A stretch of DNA of 63,609 nucleotides, the filler included, from Globobulimina sp. (taxonomy: Eukaryota): NCBI GenBank assembly GCA_003354225.1. It is 10 parts of 10 records of this genome, joined end to end, with 100 filler letters (N's around TTAATTAATTAA, not from the genome) between each part and the next. Parts side by side here need not be neighbours in the genome. Positions count along the whole stretch, not along the records: positions 31,908 to 38,173 come from PIVH01000326.1; positions 38,274 to 44,538 come from PIVH01000327.1; positions 44,639 to 50,903 come from PIVH01000328.1; 7 more parts are not named here. One strand, 5' to 3'. Numbering within the stretch: position 1 is the stretch's first letter; each line of letters begins with the position of its first letter. The notes under the pieces were generated by a model that was not told the DNA's origin, searched no databases, and saw nothing but the letters and a program-made list of their open reading frames with translations. A program made the translations under genes and the position numbers. This document shows, piece after piece, positions 37,720 through 48,241 of the stretch.

Positions 37720-38173
37720 TTGTCCCCGCTTTTGAGCCTGTATAGACGGCTGTTGCGACACTACGGGCAGCAGCGCTGGTGGCCCGCCGAGAGCCCCTTT
37801 GAGGTGATGGTTGGGGCAATATTGACCCAAAACACCAGTTGGCATGGTGCGGAGAGGGCGATTGCGAACCTCAAGCGAGCAAAGCTGCTATCGGCCCGTG
37901 CGATAGTCGATGTGGCAAGGGAGGAGTTGGCGCAACAGATTAGACCATCAGGATATTTCAATGTTAAGGCGCAGCGACTCATCAACTACTGTCACTGGTA
38001 TCTGGATCAGAGGGGATTAGAGGCGCTGGGGCAGTTGCAGAGCGATGAGCTGCGTCGCAGGGTGCTTGCGGTCAACGGGGTGGGTCCAGAGACGGCCGAT
38101 GACATCCTGCTCTATGCCTTTGAGAGACCGGTGTTTGTGATCGATGGCTATACGCGGCGGATATTTTCCCGAT
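37720..38173 (+). CDS. Bacterial endonuclease III-related HhH-GPD protein, 3' truncated
   Basis: WWPAESPFEVMVGAILTQNTSW, IRPSGYFNVKA, HhH motif LAVNGVGPETADDILLYA, FVIDGYTRRI. Confidence 0.9.
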
Positions 38174-38273
38174 NNNNNNNNNNNNNNNNNNNNNNNNNNN
38201 NNNNNNNNNNNNNNNNNTTAATTAATTAANNNNNNNNNNNNNNNNNNNNNNNNNNNNNNNNNNNNNNNNNNNN
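38174..38273. other. Artificial contig linker
   Basis: N44-TTAATTAATTAA-N44. Confidence 0.99.
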
Positions 38274-38322
38274 GATTATAATATATAATTACATAATATA
38301 ATAAATTGTATACATTCTGCAG

Positions 38323-39545
38323 TTAATATTGAAGTTTGCTTTGTTGCACACAAATATTAACCGCAGTATTTGCACAACGTAAATCCCAACGCGCATAGCA
38401 ACAAAATGGATCAGCATTACATATTTGCATTTCACATTCTCGATCCGCTACACATCCACCTCTCCCACTTTGATGATTTGTACATTCGCAACATTTCGCA
38501 GTCTCAATTCCTTTACAAATAGCATCAGATTTCAATGCACAAACAATATCCCATTCCGTCGCACAGCAAAATCTATCCCGACTACAGATCCTGTCTTCAC
38601 AGCCTTTCTTTCCTGGACATCCGGCAAACTCTGACGGCCGTACACAATCACAACATGGATTCGCAGCCGGTTTCCACCAAAAGTGTCCTGGCACTAAAAT
38701 TAATTCAATCATTGACAGTACCGATGCAGTGCACAGATGTACATATAAAATAACTTGGAGTTGGTATAGTAGTCGTTATTATTGCCGGTGCCTTGGTTGG
38801 AATGGGTGTTGGCATTGGTGATGGAATGATAGTTGGTATTTGTGTTTGTGTTGCTGTGCTTGTGATTGTTGGCTGCAACGATATCGATGGTTCAACAGTA
38901 CTGCTTATATTAAATGGATAACATACACCGTACGCCAAAGAATCGCAATATCCATCCCATCCAATCTCACAACAAACAGGGCCATCTGGGTCGACATGGT
39001 TACATACATACTCTTTACAGTCATCATCCAATGGATATGCACAACATAACCCTGCCTCTGTTGTGGCGGTTGTTGTCGCAGTTTGTGTGGTTGTTGGTGT
39101 TGGGGATCGAGTCGGTATATTGGTTGTTTGTGTTAACGTTGTTGTTGTTGGTTCAAATGTGGTTGCATTACTTGTGAAATTAAAGAGATTATAACATATG
39201 CGATACGCAATATTTTTACACTGATCATCCCATTGAGTTTGACAGCAAAACAGATCAAATTCATTACATACAACATCTTCGCATTGGGAATTTGGCGGTT
39301 CTAAGCAACATAGTCCTGGCGGGAAAGTGGGTGATTGCTGTGATGTTACGGCTGTGTGTTTAAAGGCGTTTTTGTATCAAATAGTTGTTAATGTATATAG
39401 GGTACAAACAGGTGGTGAAAAAAATAAGTGATAGGATGGTGATTGAATAGCGGTTATAATAATCTGTTGTATTTATCAATGTGTAATTATTCACAATGAT
39501 AATTAAATTGTGACGTTCGATGGATGTTTAACTAAATTTACTCAT
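38323..39545 (-). CDS. Secreted Cys-rich protein with four CC...C...D.FCC...WD..C repeats and Thr/Pro linkers
   Basis: Hydrophobic leader; four modules (DLFCCQTQWDDQC, GPVCCEIGWDGYC, DRFCCATEWDIVC, DPFCCYARWDLRC). 5' exon boundaries approximate. Confidence 0.7.
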
Positions 39546-39779
39546 TGTGGCAATGCAGAGTAATTGCTGTTTGTTTAAGGTAATTGCTTGTTTTTTTTCG
39601 AATGTATAAGTGTAGCAATGACCAATGTCTATCGATTTTAAACGTTGACTTGATTGTCCTGGTAAAAGGTAGGATTGCTTCACTTGGGATAAAAACAGCT
39701 TAAAAAAAACCACTCTCTTAACATCATATCAAGGCATCGGCTCTAGCGCTTTTTTTAGACGCATTTAACATGTCTGAGT

Positions 39780-40454
39780 TCAACAAATATGTTGAAATGA
39801 AATAAACTTCCATCCATCACCGATTGCATTTGAATCTAGCGCAACAGCTGCTGTATATTTTGCGTGTTTAACATCAAATGCTTTGCCATAATCAAAATCG
39901 TTTATTTTATAACTCAATGTCCGTGAATCCATATCGAGTGTCATTGAAATTACATCATCCTTTGCTATCCAATCAGGATCATAAGTAGTGTACGATCGAC
40001 ACCAAGCAACAGGATTCTTTGGATTAGTTAAATTCCCAAATGTTCCAAGGGCATATCCTGTTGATATTGACTCATCTTTTGTTGCATCGAAAAGTCTACA
40101 AAATGATTCCTCGAACTTTGTGTTGTGAATTCCAATATAACTCTCCAAATCTGAAATGCATTGGAATTTCCAAATACTGGTTCCTTGACTAACAACGTTA
40201 TCTAAATATATATTAATGTAGAGGCTATCCATGTCGTTAATTACGTTCTCCTCAATTAAAATCACAGATCCTGCAATATTGCTACCGTTAAATGTATCTC
40301 TATTCAAATTAAAATAAGTTAAACATATCATTTTAATTCCTTGCGGAATTGTATTTAGAGTATCTTTCATTCCATCCGCGATTTCTCTCATAAATCCAAA
40401 TGCTAAATCAATATTCCTTTGAGGTATTTCTTGCACGTTTTGGAAGGTTGACAT
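39780..40454 (-). CDS. SPRY/B30.2-like domain protein
   Basis: IWKFQC..YIGI, DVISMTLDMDSRTLSYKINDFDYGKAF..YTAAV. Confidence 0.65.
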   Translation of the reverse strand: MSTFQNVQEIPQRNIDLAFGFMREIADGMKDTLNTIPQGIKMICLTYFNLNRDTFNGSNIAGSVILIEENVINDMDSLYINIYLDNVVSQGTSIWKFQCISDLESYIGIHNTKFEESFCRLFDATKDESISTGYALGTFGNLTNPKNPVAWCRSYTTYDPDWIAKDDVISMTLDMDSRTLSYKINDFDYGKAFDVKHAKYTAAVALDSNAIGDGWKFISFQHIC

Positions 40455-40582
40455 CTTTGATTTCAAGGTTTTTTCGAAGTGAGCTAGTCACGTTTTCGAA
40501 GTAGAGAACATTCTGAAAACAATTAAATTTAGCGTAAGATAACACAGTTGATATATACATAAATATCTAAATCAATATGAAT

Positions 40583-43500
40583 TTATTCTAGAGTTGATGT
40601 AGTTTGCACATTATTATTTGAATATAAATCATCATCGGAATCTTTTCGTACATTCGCACCCATATCAACATCCAATTCACCATGCATATGGCCATGATTT
40701 TGTGGAGTTACTGGAGTATCAAAATGACTATGCCCTTCATTCAACGTTGAAGCCTTATTTCCATATGAATATAATGCATCGTCTTCATCACTATCCGTAT
40801 CCAAATCATGTTCAATTTCATATTGAATACTGCTCGCATTTGCAGTTGGAGCAAACGGTAAAATTCGCACTTGCGGCGTTGGGATCTGACCAACATTCAC
40901 CATTACAATACTGTTACTATTAATTGTTGATACACTTTGAACCTTTCTCAATTCAAAACTTCGCGTTTCAGGGATTTTAATCTCATTTTTATTTTTATAA
41001 TAATGTTTTTTTGTCGTTTTAACACAGAAAAACAATAAAATACAAAACAAGCACAATAACAGAACAATAATACAAACAATTGCATAAAAAATAATATTTT
41101 CAGATGTGCCGGCACCGTCTGTTTGTGGTTGGTTATTATTATTTGGTTCGCCATCGATATCGTTTGTTGTCGATTCGTCATTGACGCGACCTTCGCGTGT
41201 CGGCATTATTGTGGGTTCATTTGTTGTCGGACTTGAAGTTGGATATTTTGTCGGATTTGGAGTTGGTTCATTTGTGGTTGGGGACGACGTTGGATATTTT
41301 GTTGGATTTGAAGTGGGAGATTTTGTGGGATTTGCTGTTGGAGATCGGGTTGGAAATGTGGTTGGACTTAATGTTGGAAACGATGTCGGATATTTTGTTG
41401 GATACTTTGTGGGATTTAATGTGGGAGATTTGGTTGGGAATTTTGTTGGACTTAATGTGGGATCGGATGTTGGATTCGTTGTAAACAAATCACAGAATAT
41501 TTGATATCCAAAGCTTTGTGAGGGTTGTTCTGTATCATACATTGTACAAATAATGTTATTTGGATATACTGGGTCACCTCCAATCGGCGCGTAATTAAAT
41601 GCTTTGCAATTCGTATTTGCTGAGCATTTCTCTCTGCATTGTATAATATTGTTTGTGTTCCATCTGTCGTCACAATTAGGTTCATCTAAGCCACATCCGT
41701 GGATATCGTTATTTGCTGTGACTGTACCTATTTGAACTGATCCACCTGGACATACTAGACAAGAAATATCAAAATATAGAGGTTGTGTTGTTGCTGGTTG
41801 ACAGTTGGTGACATACTGAGAGCTTCGGTTGGGTTTCTTGTTGGAGCTAAATATTATAAAAACGGACACATTTTTGTAAAAACACGTACAGAAACAATAC
41901 CCGCAACGCCTGAGCAATATGTACAATATAAAAATAATGGAATTTATAAATATAATAATATGCATCTGATGAAATCTGATAAGTATGATTGTAGACTCAT
42001 TTTTGCACTGTACATGTGATGAGCATTATGTGTGATTTGCCGAAACAAAACCAAAAAGCAAACGTTTTTTATAATTTTAGATGTATGGATCATATATAAT
42101 GGAGGCTACAAATGAAGTCGTGAGATTCGGTGAGATTCAATCAGAGTCGAATTGTTTTTATTCAAATTTCAGAATCTCGTGTACAGCACAAACATACTCC
42201 ATTAAATATAAAAATTAGATATATTTTTATATCTATAAATCCATCATTTTTAATTGTAGTTACTGTGCTAACTAAAAACGGATAAAATAAACCTTTATGT
42301 ACAGAAACAGATCGAATATAAATATCTGAGTCTGACATTTAGACCGTTTCTGCACAAAAAGATTTATTATTTAAAATGTTTTTAATCTAAGCGCATGATA
42401 TATATTATTTGCATATAATACCAGATGTAGTGGGCGCAGCAGTGGTTGGTGATTGTGTGGGAGATGGAGTAGGAATTTGTGTGGGATCTGGCGTCGGTGA
42501 AGGCGTAGGAGAGGGCGTAGGCGATGGTGTAGGTGATGCGGTAACGGTATTGACTTTGCAAAATATTTGATATCCAAACGTGTCCGTTGGTACTTTGCTA
42601 TCATACAAAGTACAAACTATATAATCCACATTCAATGTATCGCCTCCTTTCGGTGCAAAATTAAATGCGATGCAATTTGCATTCGCTATACATTTATCTC
42701 TGCATTGTGCAATATCATTTGTGTCGAATCTGGCATTACAATCCGCATCTAAACCACATGAAGGAATATCATTATTTGTTTGAATACCACCAACTTGAGT
42801 CGATCCAGAGGGACATGCTATTTATGTACACAAATATAGTGATGTTGCATTAAAAAAACATACGTAACATAACAAAGTGAAACAGCAGTGAACTGAAATA
42901 AAATTTGATCGATAATACCTCCAGTTTTGCCCCAAAATCCACTTAAATGAGATGGTGGGAACTCAACCGCAGTCATCCAACCTGTATCGACAACGCTTTG
43001 CGGTAAAGGCGAAGCTTGGCATTCTTTGGTGGTTCCATCAGAGAATCGAAAGCCTATATAATGCACAAATGCGCCATGCATTACTCGATATCCATCGATA
43101 CGCTGTTGAGAGCTCAATGTAAACCCATTGCAATTGGTATCAATATCCGTTTGTTTGCCCAATGCTGCGGAACTAGTTTGTGAGTCTGCAGACCACGCAA
43201 TGATACCCACAGCCTGAAAAGTAGCAGCGTTATATCCCCAATTAGTAATCGCATTGATTCGGCCCTAAAAGAAGCAACAAAATGTATAATTTTACTGTTT
43301 TTCAGCAGATTATTATATACCTGATTGAATATTTCAATAAAATTGCCACCTAAACCAGATCCATACATATCTGTTGTGGTAATTAAAGAATTCGAGTCAC
43401 TGAATTGGAATCCAATGGCATCGATAATGTTACCATAACTAAATTTAAATCCGGTTAAATAGGTACCAGATACTTTGACATTGCCCGTTGATAATATATC

Positions 43501-43893
43501 AGTTAATGTTGCTTTATATGTTGCGTCTATGCTACATGTATATGTGTTGCCATTTGTTGCATGGAATGCTATCATACGCACAAAACTATTCTCAGAGTAA
43601 TCAATCGTAAAAGATTCTATGTAATGAGCTGCATTCGTTAAAGTGAACGGTGTGCACTGGGTTTGGATGGACAATGCCCCGATTACATCAGAATTGGATT
43701 TCGAATCACTTGTCCAAGAAGCAATAATTAGGCCATTATGGAAAGTTTCATAGCCCCAGCTAGTGATTCCGGTGATTCTTCCTTGATTGAATATTGTTGG
43801 TGAATATGTGCCAGTCACTGCACCATACCAAGGTGTTTCAAAGGCAATTGAAATAATTGGCAATAAGACGATGAAGAGCGGTGTAGAAGCCAT
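40583..43893 (-). CDS. Type I surface protein: signal, two jacalin-like domains, two PAN/apple domains, PT mucin stalk, TM, tail
   Basis: Jacalin-like GNIIDAIGFQF and GGIIDQILFQF; PAN-like C..KC.AN.NC.AFNFAP and C..KC.AN.NC.AFNYAP; PT repeats; TM. Phase-1 compatible splice sites across 41848-42421, but two genes are possible. Confidence 0.7.
41207..41482 (-). repeat. Coding 12-bp-period PTxx (mucin-like) repeat
   Basis: PTSDPTLSPTKFPTKSPTLNPTKYPT... Confidence 0.9.
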
Positions 43894-44041
43894 TCGAACC
43901 ACTTTATCTGACCTTCAGGATCACCTGACTAAGTTTTTTACTGCTACTCTCAAACGTTTTGCTTTGTTAGATCTGATCTCCACATTCAAAAATATCACAA
44001 GTTAGTTGATTATCAATATTTATTTTCAGCTGAGATGCACA

Positions 44042-44538
44042 ATGTATAGCATCAGGAAACCCAAACAGGTATTTGTTATTCACTTTGGATAAATTTTACT
44101 CAATGCGGATGTCCGGACTTAATGTGTTGGAGCAAATTTGTAAATATCTATGCATACATAGGCTGATCACGAGGGAATACCAAATGGACATGAACCAATA
44201 AAAGAAAATAGTCATAATTTAGACACACTTAACACAGACGTATTAAATGCAGCATTTATTTATTTAACATTGAGTGATTTTATTAAAGCCAGTGTAGTTT
44301 GTAAAAGGTTCAATATCATATTCTCAAACCATCCCCAATTTTACAACAAGATCAGTTTACTTATTGAGGATCCAGAGCATGATATGTATGCGAAGGATTT
44401 ACAAAAAATTTCGGATGATTATATTTATGTGCACGATGTTAAATATTTAAATAAAATTCCATTTTTATCGAAAGTGAAACAAATCAAATTCATTCCCGAA
44501 TGGTTGTTGTATGACGAAGAAAAATTTGAGCAACTTTC
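44042..44538 (+). CDS. F-box protein, 5' part
   Basis: After a short intron (~44069-44161): LDTLNTDVLNAAFIYLTLSDFIKASVVCKRFN, an F-box pattern. Confidence 0.7.
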
Positions 44539-44638
44539 NNNNNNNNNNNNNNNNNNNNNNNNNNNNNNNNNNNNNNNNNNNNTTAATTAATTAANNNNNN
44601 NNNNNNNNNNNNNNNNNNNNNNNNNNNNNNNNNNNNNN
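44539..44638. other. Artificial contig linker
   Basis: N44-TTAATTAATTAA-N44. Confidence 0.99.
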
Positions 44639-44782
44639 ACGAAAGCAAAATGTTATGTTTCTAAATGACAAAAGTTTTTTTTTCTTCAATTATCAAAGCG
44701 TTCATTGAAGAAATGAACTAAAAGCAAAAACCCTAATGACGGCATAGTAAGTCTGCTCGTAACCCTTTAGTATTTCCAGAAC

Positions 44783-46243
44783 ATGGCTGCAACTAAGTTG
44801 TCTTTGCTAATCAGCATCATTTGCATAACATGTTGCGTTATTGCACTGTTATGTCTCTTCCTATTCATCTCAACCAGAAACGATTTATCTCCGCTGCTGG
44901 ATGATATTGATACTGCTCCTTTTCTACATGCATTTGCTGCAGAATTCAGATCTGAATATAACCAGTCGTTAATAAATCCAAATATAAAATCTCCGCTATT
45001 CAAGCTACGAACAACAAACAATTATAATGACAGCACAACTTACGCAGTTTATTGTTCTTCTGGATATAAACCAATTGGTATTGGCAATGCGTTGGCAATA
45101 TATTGGACAGCTCGCGCCACTGCTTTCTTTATGAATTATTCGTTTGCAATGAATGACCATATTAATAACCAAACCACTCAAATCAACACAAACTGTAACA
45201 ATGAAAAAGAATTTGCTCTGTTTGATGTACGGCCTGCCTTCAAATCAAAACATGTGCGATTACAATGGACGTGGTTTCTGTCAATGGAATATCATCAAAC
45301 ATTGTTCAATTCTTTCATCGATGATACACTCAATACATCACAATTAAATACGAAACAGCTGCAAATCGCCAACAGATACAACTATTTATGGCAGAAATAC
45401 CATCATCGATATCAAGCGTATGCGGTTCCATATTCTGCCCAACTCATATTCCTGTCTTACAATCCATTTTTCATTCCAATTATCAGTAATAACACACGCG
45501 ATGCTTTTCAGGTAAACATTTCTCAAACTTTTTGTGACTGTAATTTGTTTGCAATCATTTATACTGTAAAGAGATACTACAAATACATAAAGCATCCATT
45601 TTATGATAATATTCTGTATGAAGCAGAGGTGTATAATGTGATTGTGGTCCACCTGCGTTTGGGAGACACCTTATTTGATGAACGCGCGAGGAGGATTTTG
45701 CTGAATATGCAGTATTTCAAAACTGCATTGGATTTGATATATAAACGGTTGGATTCTGCTAAAAAGTGCAGGTTTTATGTTATTGCACAACTGGCCGCAT
45801 CCAATGCACATTCAAATAAGGATATGCTGGGATTGAATGTGTCTAAAATATTGGCAAATTATATGATGGCAGAATTCAGGAAATATGTAAGCCAAAAATG
45901 GAAGGAATATGAATTTGAAGTGGAAATTATTGGAAATGATAGCAGTGATAATGATTATTTTAGGATGACTGCTGCGCCATTTTTAGTATGCAGCGCATCA
46001 AGTTTTTGTTTGCAAGCAGCAATGGCAAATTATTTGGAGACAAAATTAATTGTTTTGCCATCTAAAGGACCCTGGAACGATATATCCAATGTATTTTTTA
46101 AAATGACTGATGTTAAGAAAGATATTAAAGTGAAATATCATACATTTGTTGATGTCAAAAGGCATTCAGTTCCGACAATGTATTTTGATAAGTTTCAGGC
46201 CGAAGAGGATTTGATCAGATTTAAACAATGGTTTGTAAAATAG
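44783..46243 (+). CDS. Type II membrane GT11/GT23-like fucosyltransferase-superfamily enzyme
   Basis: N-terminal TM; GIGNAL; VVHLRLGD; D..RM..APFLVCSASSF. Probable in-frame 60-nt intron 45512-45571. Confidence 0.7.
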   Translation: MAATKLSLLISIICITCCVIALLCLFLFISTRNDLSPLLDDIDTAPFLHAFAAEFRSEYNQSLINPNIKSPLFKLRTTNNYNDSTTYAVYCSSGYKPIGIGNALAIYWTARATAFFMNYSFAMNDHINNQTTQINTNCNNEKEFALFDVRPAFKSKHVRLQWTWFLSMEYHQTLFNSFIDDTLNTSQLNTKQLQIANRYNYLWQKYHHRYQAYAVPYSAQLIFLSYNPFFIPIISNNTRDAFQVNISQTFCDCNLFAIIYTVKRYYKYIKHPFYDNILYEAEVYNVIVVHLRLGDTLFDERARRILLNMQYFKTALDLIYKRLDSAKKCRFYVIAQLAASNAHSNKDMLGLNVSKILANYMMAEFRKYVSQKWKEYEFEVEIIGNDSSDNDYFRMTAAPFLVCSASSFCLQAAMANYLETKLIVLPSKGPWNDISNVFFKMTDVKKDIKVKYHTFVDVKRHSVPTMYFDKFQAEEDLIRFKQWFVK

Positions 46244-46861
46244 TTAAAAAACCAACGGACCTTTTCGGTATTGTAAGTTTGTGTGTATTGAATTATACTA
46301 CTGCCATCTCTCAACATTTACCAACTGCACATTGCGGTTATTTCTAAAACGTTTTTATGCTACTACAAAAAAATTTATATTTCAGAAATCACCGCAACTT
46401 TGCTATATATATTTTTATTTTTTTTGTATGCGCATATAATGCTTCTAGCAACGTTTTTGAGTGCGCACTTAAAAAAACGTTACTTCACTCGCATATTATA
46501 GTTGTGTCGAAGATGGATGGATTTACAGCGTTATTACAGGTCAATGGTAAAGGTTATACATATTTGCGTGCATAAAATATCATTTAATTCGTTTTGTGTT
46601 GTGTTAGCAAGACTGTTACCAGCTAATTTTCATTGTGGTGGTCTGACTTCAACTTTTGCAGTGAGTCAGTGACTGCTTTAGATTTGGGATTGATTCAAAG
46701 TGATATGATCCAAAGTCAAGACTATTCCGGAAAAGATTTGAAGACTATTCTGCAAACATACAGTATTAATATTTATTTCATTGATCGATTGCATCTTTTA
46801 TGGGACAAAATACTCAATTTATTATTTACTTATATTTACAATGAATATCATCATCTTCCAC

Positions 46862-47671
46862 TTACAACTTTACATACGTTCCATAATTATTTATTTCTGT
46901 ATTTTTGCTCAATTCGACCAGATTTGTAATCTGCGTACGATCAACATTCATACTCTCTTCTTTTAGTATGCCTTTCTCACTCATTTCTTGGATGAATTGT
47001 TGCCGCTCTTCCTCTGTTACACTTATTTCTTGATGCCCATCGGCACCGTGCTTCTTATCAAAATACCAAGAGATAACACATGCGATCATAGTGAATAAGA
47101 CAGCATTTCCGAGCACAACTAATATTCCATAATAATGTTCAAACACTAACTCCCCCAAAAATGCAAAACCTATCACATTGCCGATAATAATAATTGCCAT
47201 AAACACAACTCCCAAAATATCAATCTTTGCATTCAATTCTTGTTTTAAAATTTGGCAATGCCGTTTGGTCGGAATATAAATAACATCAACACAGGAATCC
47301 ACTCTATTTTGGTAAGGATTGAACATATTCCTTTTCCTGCACTCATTGAAACATCGACTCCCAGATTTTAATCGCGATTCGCAGAGATAATATGTGTCTG
47401 TTTCTGGAATAGATTCGAGGAGTTCATTCATGTACGCTTTTGTTGTGATTATTGCAATATATTTGGCCACATAATAGCATTGTGCATTGGTACATAATTT
47501 CGAATATTTTTGCGTGATCAATGCTTGAGTTTCTACGCCGTACAAATGAAATTGCCTTCGCCTCATTAACTTGGCAATAAACCATTTTGTTATGTACAGA
47601 AATAAGGCTACTATACATCCGAGAATAATGGAGATTATGTATGACTCTCCTGCAAAATCGAATTCTGCCAT
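46862..47671 (-). CDS. Three-TM membrane protein (DUF3592-like layout)
   Basis: TM, GVETQALIT beta domain, VDVIYIP, then two TMs. Confidence 0.6.
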   Translation of the reverse strand: MAEFDFAGESYIISIILGCIVALFLYITKWFIAKLMRRRQFHLYGVETQALITQKYSKLCTNAQCYYVAKYIAIITTKAYMNELLESIPETDTYYLCESRLKSGSRCFNECRKRNMFNPYQNRVDSCVDVIYIPTKRHCQILKQELNAKIDILGVVFMAIIIIGNVIGFAFLGELVFEHYYGILVVLGNAVLFTMIACVISWYFDKKHGADGHQEISVTEEERQQFIQEMSEKGILKEESMNVDRTQITNLVELSKNTEINNYGTYVKL

Positions 47672-48241
47672 GTTACTTCAGTAGACTTCTGAAAAGCATT
47701 CTGCCTGAATATATCAATTTTATATGGTTGAGTAGATGCATGTTATTTTATTCTAGAATGCATTGGTTTATTGTTTTTCTAACATGTATATGATTTGTAC
47801 GCATTTATTATTTAAAATATGAAAATTTTCCCATCAATTATTTTAATTTTTTTTGCATTGCTTGAACAATAAATAGTTTACAAATAGCACCATCATATGT
47901 CTGATCGGTTAAAAAGTCTTTGCTTTGGATGTAGTGTTTGGGAAAAATGGTACATATATGATTTGAGTATTTTGAGAATCCCCAATCATCTCCACTATTG
48001 ATGTAATTTTCATTGTGGTAATCAGATTTCAAATTTTGGAGTTATCAACACAATAACACTGCAGTCACACACTATTGAGCTAATTTATTGCGGTGAGCGA
48101 TTAACTCCAAAAGTTGTAGTCCGATCACAACAATGAGAATTAGCTCAATATTTGTGACTGCTGTGAAGAAAAACCAGACAAGTCTCACATAAAATATAAC
48201 TGATGAAATAAGTGAATGTTGGAATATTTTTAACATTTAAA

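Noticed and set aside
41106-41504. Val/Gly-rich plus-strand ORFs and other short overlapping ORFs (for example 51399-51941, 60691-61155)
   Set aside because: Antisense shadows of real coding sequence or PT repeats.
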